DNA of 64,000 nucleotides from Candidatus Kaiserbacteria bacterium (GCA_016186705.1 JACPLB010000002.1:20811-84810); one strand, 5' to 3'. Shown: positions 9,159 through 18,469, counted from the first letter of the stretch. The notes: a model not told the origin generated them from the letters alone. Numbers and translations: made by a program.

Positions 9159-9867
9159 TGTTCTTTACTCTATACTCTAAAAGTAAGTACGAATTTTCGA
9201 GTGGCCTTGCCTGGATAAATTCAAGGGCCTTTATTTTTTTGAGTTCTCCCGAAGTATGTAACGATTCCCCATCCATTAAAGTCGATGTATTTTTGCCACC
9301 AATGAGAGCGGGAGCAACTACCAACCAAACACGATCAATTAAACCTTCTCGCACCAAGGTGGTATTTAAAGTTCCACCTGATTGAATTGTGAGTTTGTCA
9401 GCCCCGAAATCTTGTTTCAGTATCGTAAACAAATCATTGAAATCTACAACTTCTCCATATTCAAAAACGTAGAGGTTGTCAAAATCATTTTTGAGAGATA
9501 CTGCTGGATGATTTTTGTTTGTTGTAGCAATGATAAGATTCTTTGCTTTCTTCGCAAGATATGAGATTCCTTGAGCGGTGAGGTGTGGCTCGTTATCGAT
9601 AACCACAAAACTTACTGGTAATTTCTTCGGTTCATCTTTTTTCTCATTCATTCCAATCTTCGCAAAGACTCTTCCCGTGTTAAGGGAAAACAGGTCAGTT
9701 TGTTGCTCTAGATCGTAGTATTGTTGTAAACCTTCTTTGATACCTGAAATTTTAGGGAAATCCTTATCCACATCTAAAACATCGCTATCGCCAGTCGAGA
9801 TTTTGCCATCGACAGACATAAGCATGAATAGTGTTGTGTCCGGTCTGTTTTTATCTTTATTTTCCAT
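9151..9867 (-). CDS. Island gene C: RibD C-terminal domain / dihydrofolate-reductase-like family protein
   Basis: LFMLMSVDGKIS at the N-terminus, and GLIDRVWLVVAPALIGG ... YLLLEYRV at the C-terminus. These are typical of pfam RibD_C / YwjB-like reductases. Confidence 0.75.
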   Translation of the reverse strand: MENKDKNRPDTTLFMLMSVDGKISTGDSDVLDVDKDFPKISGIKEGLQQYYDLEQQTDLFSLNTGRVFAKIGMNEKKDEPKKLPVSFVVIDNEPHLTAQGISYLAKKAKNLIIATTNKNHPAVSLKNDFDNLYVFEYGEVVDFNDLFTILKQDFGADKLTIQSGGTLNTTLVREGLIDRVWLVVAPALIGGKNTSTLMDGESLHTSGELKKIKALEFIQARPLENSYLLLEYRVKNNA

Positions 9868-9886
9868 AGGTTCAAAGTTGCCAATC

Positions 9887-9976
9887 TGGCGGAGAGGGAG
9901 AGATTCGAACTCTCGATGCGGTTTCCCGCATGCCGGTTTTCGAAACCGGTGCCTTCAACCACTCAGCCACCTCTCC
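9887..9976 (-). tRNA. tRNA-Ser(CGA)
   Basis: Reverse complement is GGAGAGGTGGCTGAGTGGTTGAAGGCACCGGTTTCGAAAACCGG...CTCTCCGCCA. It has a long variable arm and encodes CCA. It closely resembles E. coli tRNA-Ser. Confidence 0.9.
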
Positions 9977-10143
9977 AATATACTATATGTGGTTGGCTTC
10001 AAGACTAGCACTTTTTGCCGAAATGCCCAAAGTATTGTACTATCTCAAAATAACACACGTGTATGTGTTATTTATTTTGGCTTACATAAAGTACCTAAAA
10101 GCTAAAAGCTCAAACCTGTAAGCTTCCGTCAACTGGCAGATAC

Positions 10144-10215
10144 GGCCCTATCGTCTAACGGTCAGGACACAGGCTTTTCAAGCCTGGAATCGGGGTTCGA
10201 TTCCCCGTAGGGTCA
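10144..10215 (+). tRNA. tRNA-Glu(TTC)
   Basis: GGCCCTATCGTCTAACGGTCAGGACACAGGCTTTTCAAGCCTG...GGTTCGATTCCCC. The anticodon loop is TTTTCAA. Confidence 0.85.
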
Positions 10216-10263
10216 TAAAAAGAAAGAGCCCAGTGAAGGGCCCTCAAGTGTCGCTTCTTGAAT

Positions 10264-11061
10264 CTAGGAGGGCGACTGAACTTTCTGCCGTGTGGTTTTT
10301 GCTTTGAGGTCTTCCATGATGGAATTGTATTGAGTTTCCGCGTCTTCTTCCAGCCGACCTTTTATTTCCTTCATGATCGAGGCGAATTCGTCCCGTGCGC
10401 GCCGCCATGTCTCATTCCAGAGGTCATGCCCGAAGAATTCTTGTATTTTCTCCAGGCGCTCTGGAGTGATTTTAGTCCGACCGTCGAGCAAGGCGCTGAT
10501 ATTGTTAGAAGAAAGACGATATGCAAGGTCTCTCTTTTTCTTCGTTCGCGCCTTGCCTTCGAAAAGAAGGTGGAGCGTGAGAATCGTCCTTTTCTTGATT
10601 ATGTCGAACCCGTTGAACCTTCGCAGGTCTCGGTGAGTAGAAAAAATTCGAGATCCTTTACATATTCTTTTTCGCCTGACAGTGCGTCGTGGCACTTGAG
10701 AGGTGCCCATGGAAGAATTGGGCTTGGAAACCTTCCTTGTGTCCGGCATTGGCACTACCCGCGTCTCGATTTTCCGTGAAGGCACTGCCTTGAAATTTTC
10801 ATGCACGATACGCTCGCCGTTGATGTCTGATTTCCCGAGCAGGAAGTCTGTCGCAACCTCAAGTGTCCAGGCAAAACTAGCGCATTCAACAATCGTCAAA
10901 CCGCCGTGCCCTCGCTTGAGATTGCTGTACCGGTCGCTGAGGACCTCTATGAGGTTTTTCCCACATCTCTTTGCCGCTTCTTCGAGACGAGGCCATACAT
11001 CCCTTGCGGAGACGGCCCACATCCCTTCCCTCATTTCCTTCTCCAAGGATTTATGGGCCAT
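10264..11061 (-). CDS. Hypothetical protein with a C-terminal XRE-like helix-turn-helix
   Basis: The C-terminus LAYRLSSNNISALLDGRTKITPERLEKIQEFFG is Cro/C1-like. I moved the start to MAHKSLEKEM because the longer track ORF would overlap tsaD. Confidence 0.45.
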   Translation of the reverse strand: MAHKSLEKEMREGMWAVSARDVWPRLEEAAKRCGKNLIEVLSDRYSNLKRGHGGLTIVECASFAWTLEVATDFLLGKSDINGERIVHENFKAVPSRKIETRVVPMPDTRKVSKPNSSMGTSQVPRRTVRRKRICKGSRIFSTHRDLRRFNGFDIIKKRTILTLHLLFEGKARTKKKRDLAYRLSSNNISALLDGRTKITPERLEKIQEFFGHDLWNETWRRARDEFASIMKEIKGRLEEDAETQYNSIMEDLKAKTTRQKVQSPS

Positions 11062-11196
11062 CGGACTACTCCTTGTCTCCCAAAATGTTGAAGAACATTC
11101 CCGCCATGCGGGAAGAACTTGAAAGACTATAGTACGAACCGCTCCGTGCCGCAAGACTTGAAAAAATGCCGGATATAGCGAAGGATAGAGGTACCT

Positions 11197-12420
11197 ATGC
11201 GTATTCTTGCAATTGAAACGAGTTGTGACGAAACGGCAGTGAGCTTGATTGAAGCAAAAGGACCTTTCGGCGCTATGTCTTTTACTATTCTCGGGAACTC
11301 TCTCCTCTCCCAGATTGAGCTTCATAAAGAATTCGGAGGCGTGTATCCCTCACTCGCAAAACGTGAGCACTCAAAAAATCTCGTTCCGCTTCTCCAAAAC
11401 ACTCTTTTTGAAGCGAGGATGTTTGAACAGACGCTCTCCCCGCTCTCCAAGAACGAGATCGGCACATTAAAGGAGCTTCTCTCGCGCGAGCCGGAGCTTT
11501 TTGTGCTTTTGATAGCGTTTCTCTCAAACGTGAAGAAGCCTGATGTAGATGTAATCGCGGTAACGCATGGACCGGGGCTTGAGCCGACGCTCTGGGTTGG
11601 CATTAATTTCGCAAAAGCTCTCTCGTCCGTCTGGAATATTCCTCTTATGCCGATTAACCACATGGAAGGGCACATTGTTTCAGCCGCTCTGAAACAGCTT
11701 TTAGAAAACAGCCCGAAACCCGCAGAAAAAATAAAGGGGGTCAAAACAATACAGCACTACGCGCTTGAAGATATTGATTTTCCCGCGCTTGCGCTTCTCA
11801 TCTCCGGCGGCCACACCCAGCTTGTCCTTGTACGAAAATGGGGAGCATACGAGATTGTGGGCGAGACGCGGGACGACGCCGTTGGTGAAGCGTTTGACAA
11901 GGTTGCCCGCATGCTTGAACTTCCCTATCCCGGAGGCCCTGAAATTTCAAAGCTTGCGGAATCGGCGCGGGAGGAAAATCTTGAACATCCGTACTCACTT
12001 CCTCGTCCGATGATAGACATAAATGATTTCAATTTTTCATTCTCCGGACTTAAAACAGCGGCTCTCTACCTCATACGCAAAAAAGGGACGCTTAACGAGA
12101 CGGATAAAAAGCAGATTGCGCGGGAATTTGAGAACGCAGTCGCCGATGTGCTCCTTGTGAAAACAAAACGCGCGATTGACACGTACGGCATACGAACGCT
12201 TCTCGTCGGCGGAGGAGTCTCTGCAAACAAACATGTCCGCTACACGCTTGAAACGCACCTCAAGAGGACGCACCTGGACATTGAGACATACATCCCGAGG
12301 AAGGAGTTGACGGGCGACAACGCTATCATGATAGCGGTCGCGGCATATCTCCGGAGGATGCTGAAAAAGGGAACGCCAAGCATAAAGACCATTGTCGCGC
12401 AAGGCAACGCGAGGATATAA
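11197..12420 (+). CDS. tsaD: tRNA N6-adenosine threonylcarbamoyltransferase TsaD/Kae1
   Basis: MRILAIETSCDETAVSL at the N-terminus and an INHMEGH metal-binding motif. Confidence 0.9.
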   Translation: MRILAIETSCDETAVSLIEAKGPFGAMSFTILGNSLLSQIELHKEFGGVYPSLAKREHSKNLVPLLQNTLFEARMFEQTLSPLSKNEIGTLKELLSREPELFVLLIAFLSNVKKPDVDVIAVTHGPGLEPTLWVGINFAKALSSVWNIPLMPINHMEGHIVSAALKQLLENSPKPAEKIKGVKTIQHYALEDIDFPALALLISGGHTQLVLVRKWGAYEIVGETRDDAVGEAFDKVARMLELPYPGGPEISKLAESAREENLEHPYSLPRPMIDINDFNFSFSGLKTAALYLIRKKGTLNETDKKQIAREFENAVADVLLVKTKRAIDTYGIRTLLVGGGVSANKHVRYTLETHLKRTHLDIETYIPRKELTGDNAIMIAVAAYLRRMLKKGTPSIKTIVAQGNARI

Positions 12421-12465
12421 AAAGGAAATCGCGCGGAAGTGTCCGCGCGTGCGCCATTTATAAGA

Positions 12466-12753
12466 TTAGGGTTTTATGAGCGCAAAAAGTTTTGCGTGCA
12501 TTCGGATGTGTTTCACATCCCCTTGTCCGCGTAACAGTCCCGCATACTCTCCTGATTGTATATTTTTTGCCGGGGTCCTGCATTCAATCTTAGCCCGATG
12601 GTGAAGGGCGAGATATCCGTCGGGATGCCTCTTGAGGTCTTTTTTGTTGAACTCCACCTCAAGACCCCTCGCAAAGACGGAGAGATGGTGTTCAAAGACA
12701 TCGAGGAGCGGGACTAGAATGTAGCTTCTGTACCTGTTTTTCTTTCCAATCAT
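12466..12753 (-). CDS. Small hypothetical protein, possibly a remnant of a 2H-phosphoesterase-like gene
   Basis: 95-aa ORF containing an HLSVF (H-x-S-x) motif. The assignment is weak. Confidence 0.25.
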   Translation of the reverse strand: MIGKKNRYRSYILVPLLDVFEHHLSVFARGLEVEFNKKDLKRHPDGYLALHHRAKIECRTPAKNIQSGEYAGLLRGQGDVKHIRMHAKLFALIKP

Positions 12754-12858
12754 CGCACTCTCCCGTCGAATCCTATATGAACTTCCGATACGATATCAGG
12801 TGTATGAAAACACCGCAAGCACTTTAATGTGCGTTCACATCCTGTTATTATAGGGCGT

Positions 12859-15108
12859 ATGGACCCTATATTCCTCAAGCCGTACGACCCGAAAGCGCAC
12901 GAGGATACTATCTACAAACGCTGGGAAGAGAGCGGTTTTTTCAACCCCGATAACCTGCCTCCCCTCAAAAAGAGAAAGAAGAGAGAGCCTTACTCTATCG
13001 TACTCCCCCCTCCGAATGTGACCGGAACGCTTCACATGGGGCACGCCGCGATGCTCGCGATACAGGACATTCTCATTCGCTTCAACCGCATGCGCGGAAA
13101 AAAGACCTTGTGGCTTCCGGGAGTGGACCACGCGGCAATCGCGACGCAATCAAAAGTCGAGAGCGATATTTACAAGAAAGAGAAAAAGACGAGGCATGAC
13201 CTCGGACGTGAAGTATTTCTAAAACGAGTGGAGGAGTTCGCGAAAGAAAGCCACGACACTATCGTCAATCAGATAAAGAAAATGGGTTCCTCCGTTGACT
13301 GGAGCCGCGAGGCATTCACGCTCGACGAAGTAAGGACGAAAGCGGTCTACACTGCATTCAAACAGATGTACGAGGATGGGCTTATCTATCGGAGCGCGCG
13401 CGTTTGCAACTGGGATCCTAAGGGACAGACGACGGTCTCGGACGACGAGACGGAACGAGAAGAGCGAGAGGCGATGCTCTATACATTCAGATACGACAAG
13501 GATTTTCCCATTGCCATTTCAACGACGCGCCCCGAAACAAAACTCGGAGATACGGGGGTCGCGGTACACCCGAGCGACACGCGGTACGCGAAATATGTCG
13601 GCAAGACATTTGATGCCTCATTTATGGGAGAGAAGCTCTCCATTAAGGTTGTCGCGGACAAAGAAGTAGATATGGAGTTCGGCACCGGAGCGGTCGGCGT
13701 AACGCCCGCGCACAGCTTTACCGACTGGGATATCGCCACGCGACACGACCTGCCCTTAAAACAGGTAATCAACGAGTACGCGCAGATGACTGCGGGGAAT
13801 GACAGCGTTAAAGGCAAAAAGGTGAAGGTCGCGCGGAACATTATCGTTGAGGAGCTTCGAAAGGCGGGGCTCATAGAGAAAGAAGAAAAAGTCATGCAAA
13901 GTGTCTTGATTGCTGAACGTACCGGAGGAGTCATTGAACCTCTACCGAAGCTTCAATGGTGGATTGATACCGAGAAGGAATTCAAGCTCAAACACTCGCG
14001 TATTAACGGGATTAAAAGCGGGAGCACTGTGACCTTAAAGCGGCTTATGAAGCACGTTGTTGAAAAAGGGCATATCAGCATTCTCCCCGAGCGCTTCACG
14101 AAAATTTACTACCATTGGATTGATAATCTGCGCCCGTGGTGCATTTCCCGCCAGATTTGGTATGGGCACCGCATCCCCATCTGGTATCATGAGCCGAGAT
14201 GTGTGCCGATACCCGGAAGGGAAGAAGAGGTATCGGAATGCGAAATGACGGTGCTATCGGAGACACAACCGAAGTGCGCACATTGTAATGCAATATATAT
14301 TCAGGACACTGACACGCTTGATACGTGGTTCTCGTCGGGACTGTGGACATTTTCAACCCTTGGCTGGCCGGAGAAAACCAACGACCTCAAGACGTACCAC
14401 CCGACCGACGTTCTTGAGACCGGTTATGACATTCTCTTTTTCTGGGTTGCACGCATGATTTTAATGAGCGGGTACCTCCTCGGCGATATTCCCTTCAGGA
14501 CGGTATATCTCCACGGACTCGTGCGAGACGAGAAGGGGCGAAAGATGTCAAAGTCTCTCGGCAACATTATTGACCCGTTGGACATGATTGAAAAATACGG
14601 AGGTGACGCGACGCGGCTTTCGCTTATCATCGGAGCGGCGGCCGGGAACGACTTACGACTTTCAGAAGAGAAGATTCGCGGCTACAAGCACTTCGTAAAT
14701 AAACTCTGGAATATCGCGCGATTCATTCTGGAAAACTATAACGAGGACGCACTAGATGCAAGATTTAACGATACGGATCAAAAGTTTATGGACAAGGAAG
14801 TACAGACAGCCGTTGAAAGGGTAACTAAGAACATTGAATCGTTTCGTCTCGATTTAGCTGCAGATGAAGTTTATCATTTCGTTTGGGACAAGTTTGCGGC
14901 TGTAGAAATTGAATTTACGAAAAGCGCTTTGAAAAACCCTGGGACTAAGGACTGGGCAAGAAAGTCCGCTCAACGGAAATTATATGATACGTTAGTAGTC
15001 TCTCTGAAACTTCTTCACCCGTTCATGCCGTTTGTCACCGAAACAATTTGGTCATACCTGCCACAGAAAGAAAAGACGCTCCTTATGGTAGAAGAATGGC
15101 CCGCATAA
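12859..15108 (+). CDS. valS: Valyl-tRNA synthetase, short form lacking the C-terminal coiled coil
   Basis: PPPNVTGTLHMGHA (HIGH-type motif) and KMSKSLGN. I preferred the start MDPIFLKPYD; the track's alternative is 12829. Confidence 0.9.
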   Translation: MDPIFLKPYDPKAHEDTIYKRWEESGFFNPDNLPPLKKRKKREPYSIVLPPPNVTGTLHMGHAAMLAIQDILIRFNRMRGKKTLWLPGVDHAAIATQSKVESDIYKKEKKTRHDLGREVFLKRVEEFAKESHDTIVNQIKKMGSSVDWSREAFTLDEVRTKAVYTAFKQMYEDGLIYRSARVCNWDPKGQTTVSDDETEREEREAMLYTFRYDKDFPIAISTTRPETKLGDTGVAVHPSDTRYAKYVGKTFDASFMGEKLSIKVVADKEVDMEFGTGAVGVTPAHSFTDWDIATRHDLPLKQVINEYAQMTAGNDSVKGKKVKVARNIIVEELRKAGLIEKEEKVMQSVLIAERTGGVIEPLPKLQWWIDTEKEFKLKHSRINGIKSGSTVTLKRLMKHVVEKGHISILPERFTKIYYHWIDNLRPWCISRQIWYGHRIPIWYHEPRCVPIPGREEEVSECEMTVLSETQPKCAHCNAIYIQDTDTLDTWFSSGLWTFSTLGWPEKTNDLKTYHPTDVLETGYDILFFWVARMILMSGYLLGDIPFRTVYLHGLVRDEKGRKMSKSLGNIIDPLDMIEKYGGDATRLSLIIGAAAGNDLRLSEEKIRGYKHFVNKLWNIARFILENYNEDALDARFNDTDQKFMDKEVQTAVERVTKNIESFRLDLAADEVYHFVWDKFAAVEIEFTKSALKNPGTKDWARKSAQRKLYDTLVVSLKLLHPFMPFVTETIWSYLPQKEKTLLMVEEWPA

Positions 15109-15117
15109 TAGTACGTA

Positions 15118-15825
15118 ATGATAAACGGAGAAACAATACTTTTCGCCGCCCTAGGAGGAATGCTCCCCGCGCTTCTATGGCTGTGGTTTTGGCTCTTTGA
15201 GGACAAAAAGCATCCCGAGCCGAAACGCCTCATTTTCCTCGCGTTCTTCATGGGGATGCTCACGATTCCCTTCGTTGTGCCGCTTCAGAAATACGCGCAA
15301 ACATTCCTCTTTGGCACTGCACTTATTGTCACGTGGGCGGCGATAGAAGAGCTTTTTAAGTATTTTTTCGCATATTTTTCGGTACTGCGGCGAAGAGAGG
15401 TGGATGAGCCCATAGACGCGGTTATTTACATGATAAGCGTCGCGCTCGGTTTTGCGGCGCTTGAGAACGCTCTCTTTTTGCTCGACCCTATCACAAACGG
15501 CGGTTTTGTTGAGGGTATTCTGACGGGCAACTTCCGATTCTTCGGGGCAACGCTTCTTCATACTCTCTCGTCCGCGACAGTCGGCGTCTTTATCGCGCTT
15601 GGGTTTTGCAAAAGCAGAGCCACAAAACGGCTTCTGACCGCCATCGGAATTATCCTCGCTATTTCATTGCATACATTGTTTAACTTTTTTATAATTAGAA
15701 GTAACGGAACGGACATATTGGTTGTGTTTGGGTTCGTGTGGGTGGGTATTATCGCACTTCTCCTCATGCTGGAGAGAATCAAAAACTTTAAAAACGTCTG
15801 TCTTGAATTCTTTAAGAGAAAATAA
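15118..15825 (+). CDS. PrsW-family intramembrane metalloprotease
   Basis: Polytopic membrane protein with the EELFKY and ALGFAALENALF motifs typical of PrsW/M82 proteases. Confidence 0.7.
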   Translation: MINGETILFAALGGMLPALLWLWFWLFEDKKHPEPKRLIFLAFFMGMLTIPFVVPLQKYAQTFLFGTALIVTWAAIEELFKYFFAYFSVLRRREVDEPIDAVIYMISVALGFAALENALFLLDPITNGGFVEGILTGNFRFFGATLLHTLSSATVGVFIALGFCKSRATKRLLTAIGIILAISLHTLFNFFIIRSNGTDILVVFGFVWVGIIALLLMLERIKNFKNVCLEFFKRK

Positions 15826-15827
15826 TC

Positions 15828-16328
15828 ATGGCAAAAGATAAACGCTCCTTTTTTGAACGCCTTACCGGCACCGCGTCCCTTGACGACTACAACGACTCGT
15901 TTGACGAGGAGATTATTCCGGCTCCGAAGAAAGACATCCGTGTTGAAATGGGCGCCGAAAAAAATGGTTTGCAAAACGGCTTTGCCGAAGAAGAAGAGGA
16001 AGGGCAATTGAGCGTTGACGTGTACCAAACGCCGGAACACATTGTGCTCAAAGCGGTTGTTGCGGGAGTCCGGCCGGACCATCTTGACGTTTCAATTACG
16101 AGAGACATGGTAACTATCAAGGGAAAACGCGAAGAGCAGAAAGAGGTTACGGAGGAGAATTATTTTTATAAAGAACTCTACTGGGGTTCGTTCTCACGCA
16201 CTATTCTTTTGCCGCAGGAAGTTGAAGTTGACGGAGCGGAAGCGACCGAGAAGCACGGCGTTTTGATAATCAAGCTTCCTAAGATTGACAAAGACCGCGA
16301 GACGAAACTTAAGGTTAAATCAAACTAG
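15828..16328 (+). CDS. Hsp20/alpha-crystallin small heat-shock protein
   Basis: Alpha-crystallin domain ...ELYWGSFSRTILLP...GVLIIKLPK. Confidence 0.85.
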   Translation: MAKDKRSFFERLTGTASLDDYNDSFDEEIIPAPKKDIRVEMGAEKNGLQNGFAEEEEEGQLSVDVYQTPEHIVLKAVVAGVRPDHLDVSITRDMVTIKGKREEQKEVTEENYFYKELYWGSFSRTILLPQEVEVDGAEATEKHGVLIIKLPKIDKDRETKLKVKSN

Positions 16329-16347
16329 TTTTTCTGTTTGCAAAAAA

Positions 16348-16380
16348 GCCCGCCATTCTCACGGCGGGCTTTTTTGTTTT
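16348..16380 (+). terminator. Rho-independent terminator
   Basis: GCCCGCC attctcac GGCGGGC stem followed by TTTTTTGTTTT. Confidence 0.7.
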
Positions 16381-16484
16381 GGCGTCAGCTCACTAATTCG
16401 CCCTACAACTTAATTAATTTTTGTCCTGATTACTAAGTGTTACGCGCTATAGGCTATAGAATGGAATATTTCTTTAATTTTATA

Positions 16485-16880
16485 TCAGGAATTTTCTTTA
16501 TTGCTAAGCATAAGTTCAAACACATATACCTTTCCTTGTTGTGAATTATTGATCTCTTTTGGAATATATTTATTAACAAAATTTTTATAGTCGACATCGA
16601 ACTTAACCCACAAAGGTTGTGCATTTAAATGGGCACCGCCTCGTTCTGCAAATTTAACCTTTATAGCACCTTCTTCTTTTAAAGAAAGGAATTTCATCCC
16701 AACGGCGTTACGGTTTTTATCAAAAAGTAACTTAACTGCCGCTGTGTTTTCAGCGGTTAGGTTGTATTTTCGAGTAAAACCAGCACTTAATCCTAAGCCG
16801 CCAGTTTCTACAAGACTTACCAATGGGGTAAATCTTCCCCCAGTAACCTCTAGCTCCTCAAAATTATAATCTGTTTCCAT
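16485..16880 (-). CDS. Hypothetical protein, 131 aa, in an AT-rich islet
   Basis: Intact ORF in a low-GC segment next to the 3' end of tRNA-Phe. No recognisable motif. Confidence 0.45.
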   Translation of the reverse strand: METDYNFEELEVTGGRFTPLVSLVETGGLGLSAGFTRKYNLTAENTAAVKLLFDKNRNAVGMKFLSLKEEGAIKVKFAERGGAHLNAQPLWVKFDVDYKNFVNKYIPKEINNSQQGKVYVFELMLSNKENS

Positions 16881-17196
16881 CCCTGTATCCTAACAAAGTA
16901 GACTTTGATTGTCAATAGGTATGTAAAAGGTGTGAGAAGTTGAGTAATAGTTTGACAAAATTTGTTTCTAGTGTTCTTTATGTGATATTCCGAGTTTTGC
17001 ACTTGCCACTTTCTCTCCAGTATGCATATAATACATACAGCAAAAGGGTCACGTGACCACGCGACCCCAATGCTCTTAGAAGCGGTGATGGAACTGAGAT
17101 CGGTGGTCACCGACGTTGAACGGTTCCAAAACCCCCTCGTTTGTTCAGTGTACAGTGACCTACGAGGGTAATCAACCCCGAAAGGGGAAAAGTAAA

Positions 17197-17373
17197 ATGA
17201 CAACCTTTGAAATTTATAAGGATGTCGCTGGATACTTTAGGTGGAGGTTGGTTGCGGCAAATGGAGAAAAAGTTGCAGCTAGTGAGGCTTACGTCTCAAA
17301 ACAAGGCGCAACAACCTCTGCAGAAAGAGTAAAGTATTGGGCGAGTGTAGCTCATATTGTTGCTCTCGTCTAA
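17197..17373 (+). CDS. DUF1508 (YegP-like, UPF0339) small protein
   Basis: MTTFEIYKDVAGYFRWRLVAANGEKVAASEAYVSKQGA fits the YegP repeat. AAAGGGGAAAAG Shine-Dalgarno lies 8 nt upstream. A terminator hairpin follows. Confidence 0.7.
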   Translation: MTTFEIYKDVAGYFRWRLVAANGEKVAASEAYVSKQGATTSAERVKYWASVAHIVALV

Positions 17374-17387
17374 ACACCAGACACAAA

Positions 17388-17415
17388 AAGACGCTGCGAG
17401 CGTCTTTTTGTGTCT
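17388..17415 (+). terminator. Rho-independent terminator
   Basis: AAAGACGCTGCGAGCGTCTTT stem followed by TTGTGT. Confidence 0.55.
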
Positions 17416-17509
17416 AAGAAATCATCCGATGGATAACTCTTGTAATTTAGTTAAGTTGTTTGAGAGTCAAAGTAAAGATAGTCACTCAAAATATCTTGAT
17501 TTTAATTTA

Positions 17510-17586
17510 TGGTGCTTGGGGGCGGACTCGAACCGCCGACCCTCTGCTCTTCAGGCAGATGCTCTAACCAACTGAGCTACCCAAGC
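17510..17586 (-). tRNA. tRNA-Phe(GAA)
   Basis: Reverse complement is GCTTGGGTAGCTCAGTTGGTTAGAGCATCTGCCTGAAGAGCAGAGGGTCGGCGGTTCGAGTCCGCCCCCAAGCACCA. CCA is encoded. Confidence 0.9.
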
Positions 17587-17589
17587 ATA

Positions 17590-17901
17590 TTACTGTCGTT
17601 TGAACAGATTGAGAATCTCTTGGATGCCGCTCTCCCCAAGCTGATTCTGGAGCTGTCCTTGTATATTTTCAACTTTTCCTCCGACTTCCTGTACCGTCTG
17701 CGCTGCTCCCACAACCTGGTCAAGAATTGGCGCAAGAAAATGAATGTAGAGATACACCGGTACGCCGATAATGACAGCAAGCCACACGAGCTTCATAATG
17801 CCGCCTAAAATTGCTCCACGGCGCATTTTTCTCAATAAGCGGTTATTCTCCTCGGTCAGTTCGAGATTCTTGCGTAACAGCTTCTCCGTGTCTTGTTCCA
17901 T
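17590..17901 (-). CDS. Small membrane protein, hypothetical
   Basis: Coiled-coil N-terminus plus one TM helix. Located between tRNA genes. Confidence 0.45.
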   Translation of the reverse strand: MEQDTEKLLRKNLELTEENNRLLRKMRRGAILGGIMKLVWLAVIIGVPVYLYIHFLAPILDQVVGAAQTVQEVGGKVENIQGQLQNQLGESGIQEILNLFKRQ

Positions 17902-17950
17902 ACCTTAGAGAGTATAGCAAACATACTTAAGAAATGAAGCGGCATACCAG

Positions 17951-18023
17951 TGCCCTCGGCAGGAATCGGACCTGCAATTGTCCCTTAGGACGGGACGGTT
18001 ATAATCCATTTAACTACGAGGGC
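17951..18023 (-). tRNA. tRNA-Arg(CCT)
   Basis: Reverse complement is GCCCTCGTAGTTAAATGGATTATAACCGTCCCGTCCTAAGGGAC...CCGATTCCTGCCGAGGGCA. Confidence 0.8.
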
Positions 18024-18094
18024 GGTGCATGTAATGTAGCATAGACGGAAAAAACCCGCACACAGCGGGCTCTTGTTTTCTAACGAGGGAGGCG

Positions 18095-18331
18095 CTAGAC
18101 ACCAAGGGCTTCCGAGAGTTTCTCTTTGTCAAACCCGACAAACATTCTCTCTCCGATAAAAATAACCGGTACTCCCATTTGTCCGCTTTTCTCAATCATT
18201 TCCTGCCGCTTATCCATGTCGGTCGCGACGTTGTAATCGGTATATTCAATTTTGTGCTCTTTTAAAAACTCTTTCGTCATCTGGCAGAAGTGACACGTCG
18301 GCGTACTATAAATTACAATGTTCTTCTCCAT
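18095..18331 (-). CDS. Glutaredoxin-like / NrdH-like redoxin (copy 1)
   Basis: Thioredoxin fold with a CHFC active site (YSTPTCHFCQ). A paralog lies at 54168-54404. Confidence 0.8.
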   Translation of the reverse strand: MEKNIVIYSTPTCHFCQMTKEFLKEHKIEYTDYNVATDMDKRQEMIEKSGQMGVPVIFIGERMFVGFDKEKLSEALGV

Positions 18332-18398
18332 AGTTTTTTCTTATATCTGTTAACGAACGGTTATTATAACATTTTCTTTTACACACAATCAATTTTTG

Positions 18399-18469
18399 TG
18401 CGAGTGGCGGGAATCGAACCCGCGCCAGATGCTTGGGAAGCACCTATTCTGCCACTAAACTACACTCGC
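18399..18469 (-). tRNA. tRNA-Gly(CCC)
   Basis: Reverse complement is GCGAGTGTAGTTTAGTGGCAGAATAGGTGCTTCCCAAGCATCTGGCGCGGGTTCGATTCCCGCCACTCGCA. Confidence 0.85.

Noticed and set aside
10264-11325. Full 353-aa version of the minus-strand ORF.
   Set aside because: Its first 88 codons overlap the tsaD 5' end. I shortened it to the MAHKSLEKEM start.
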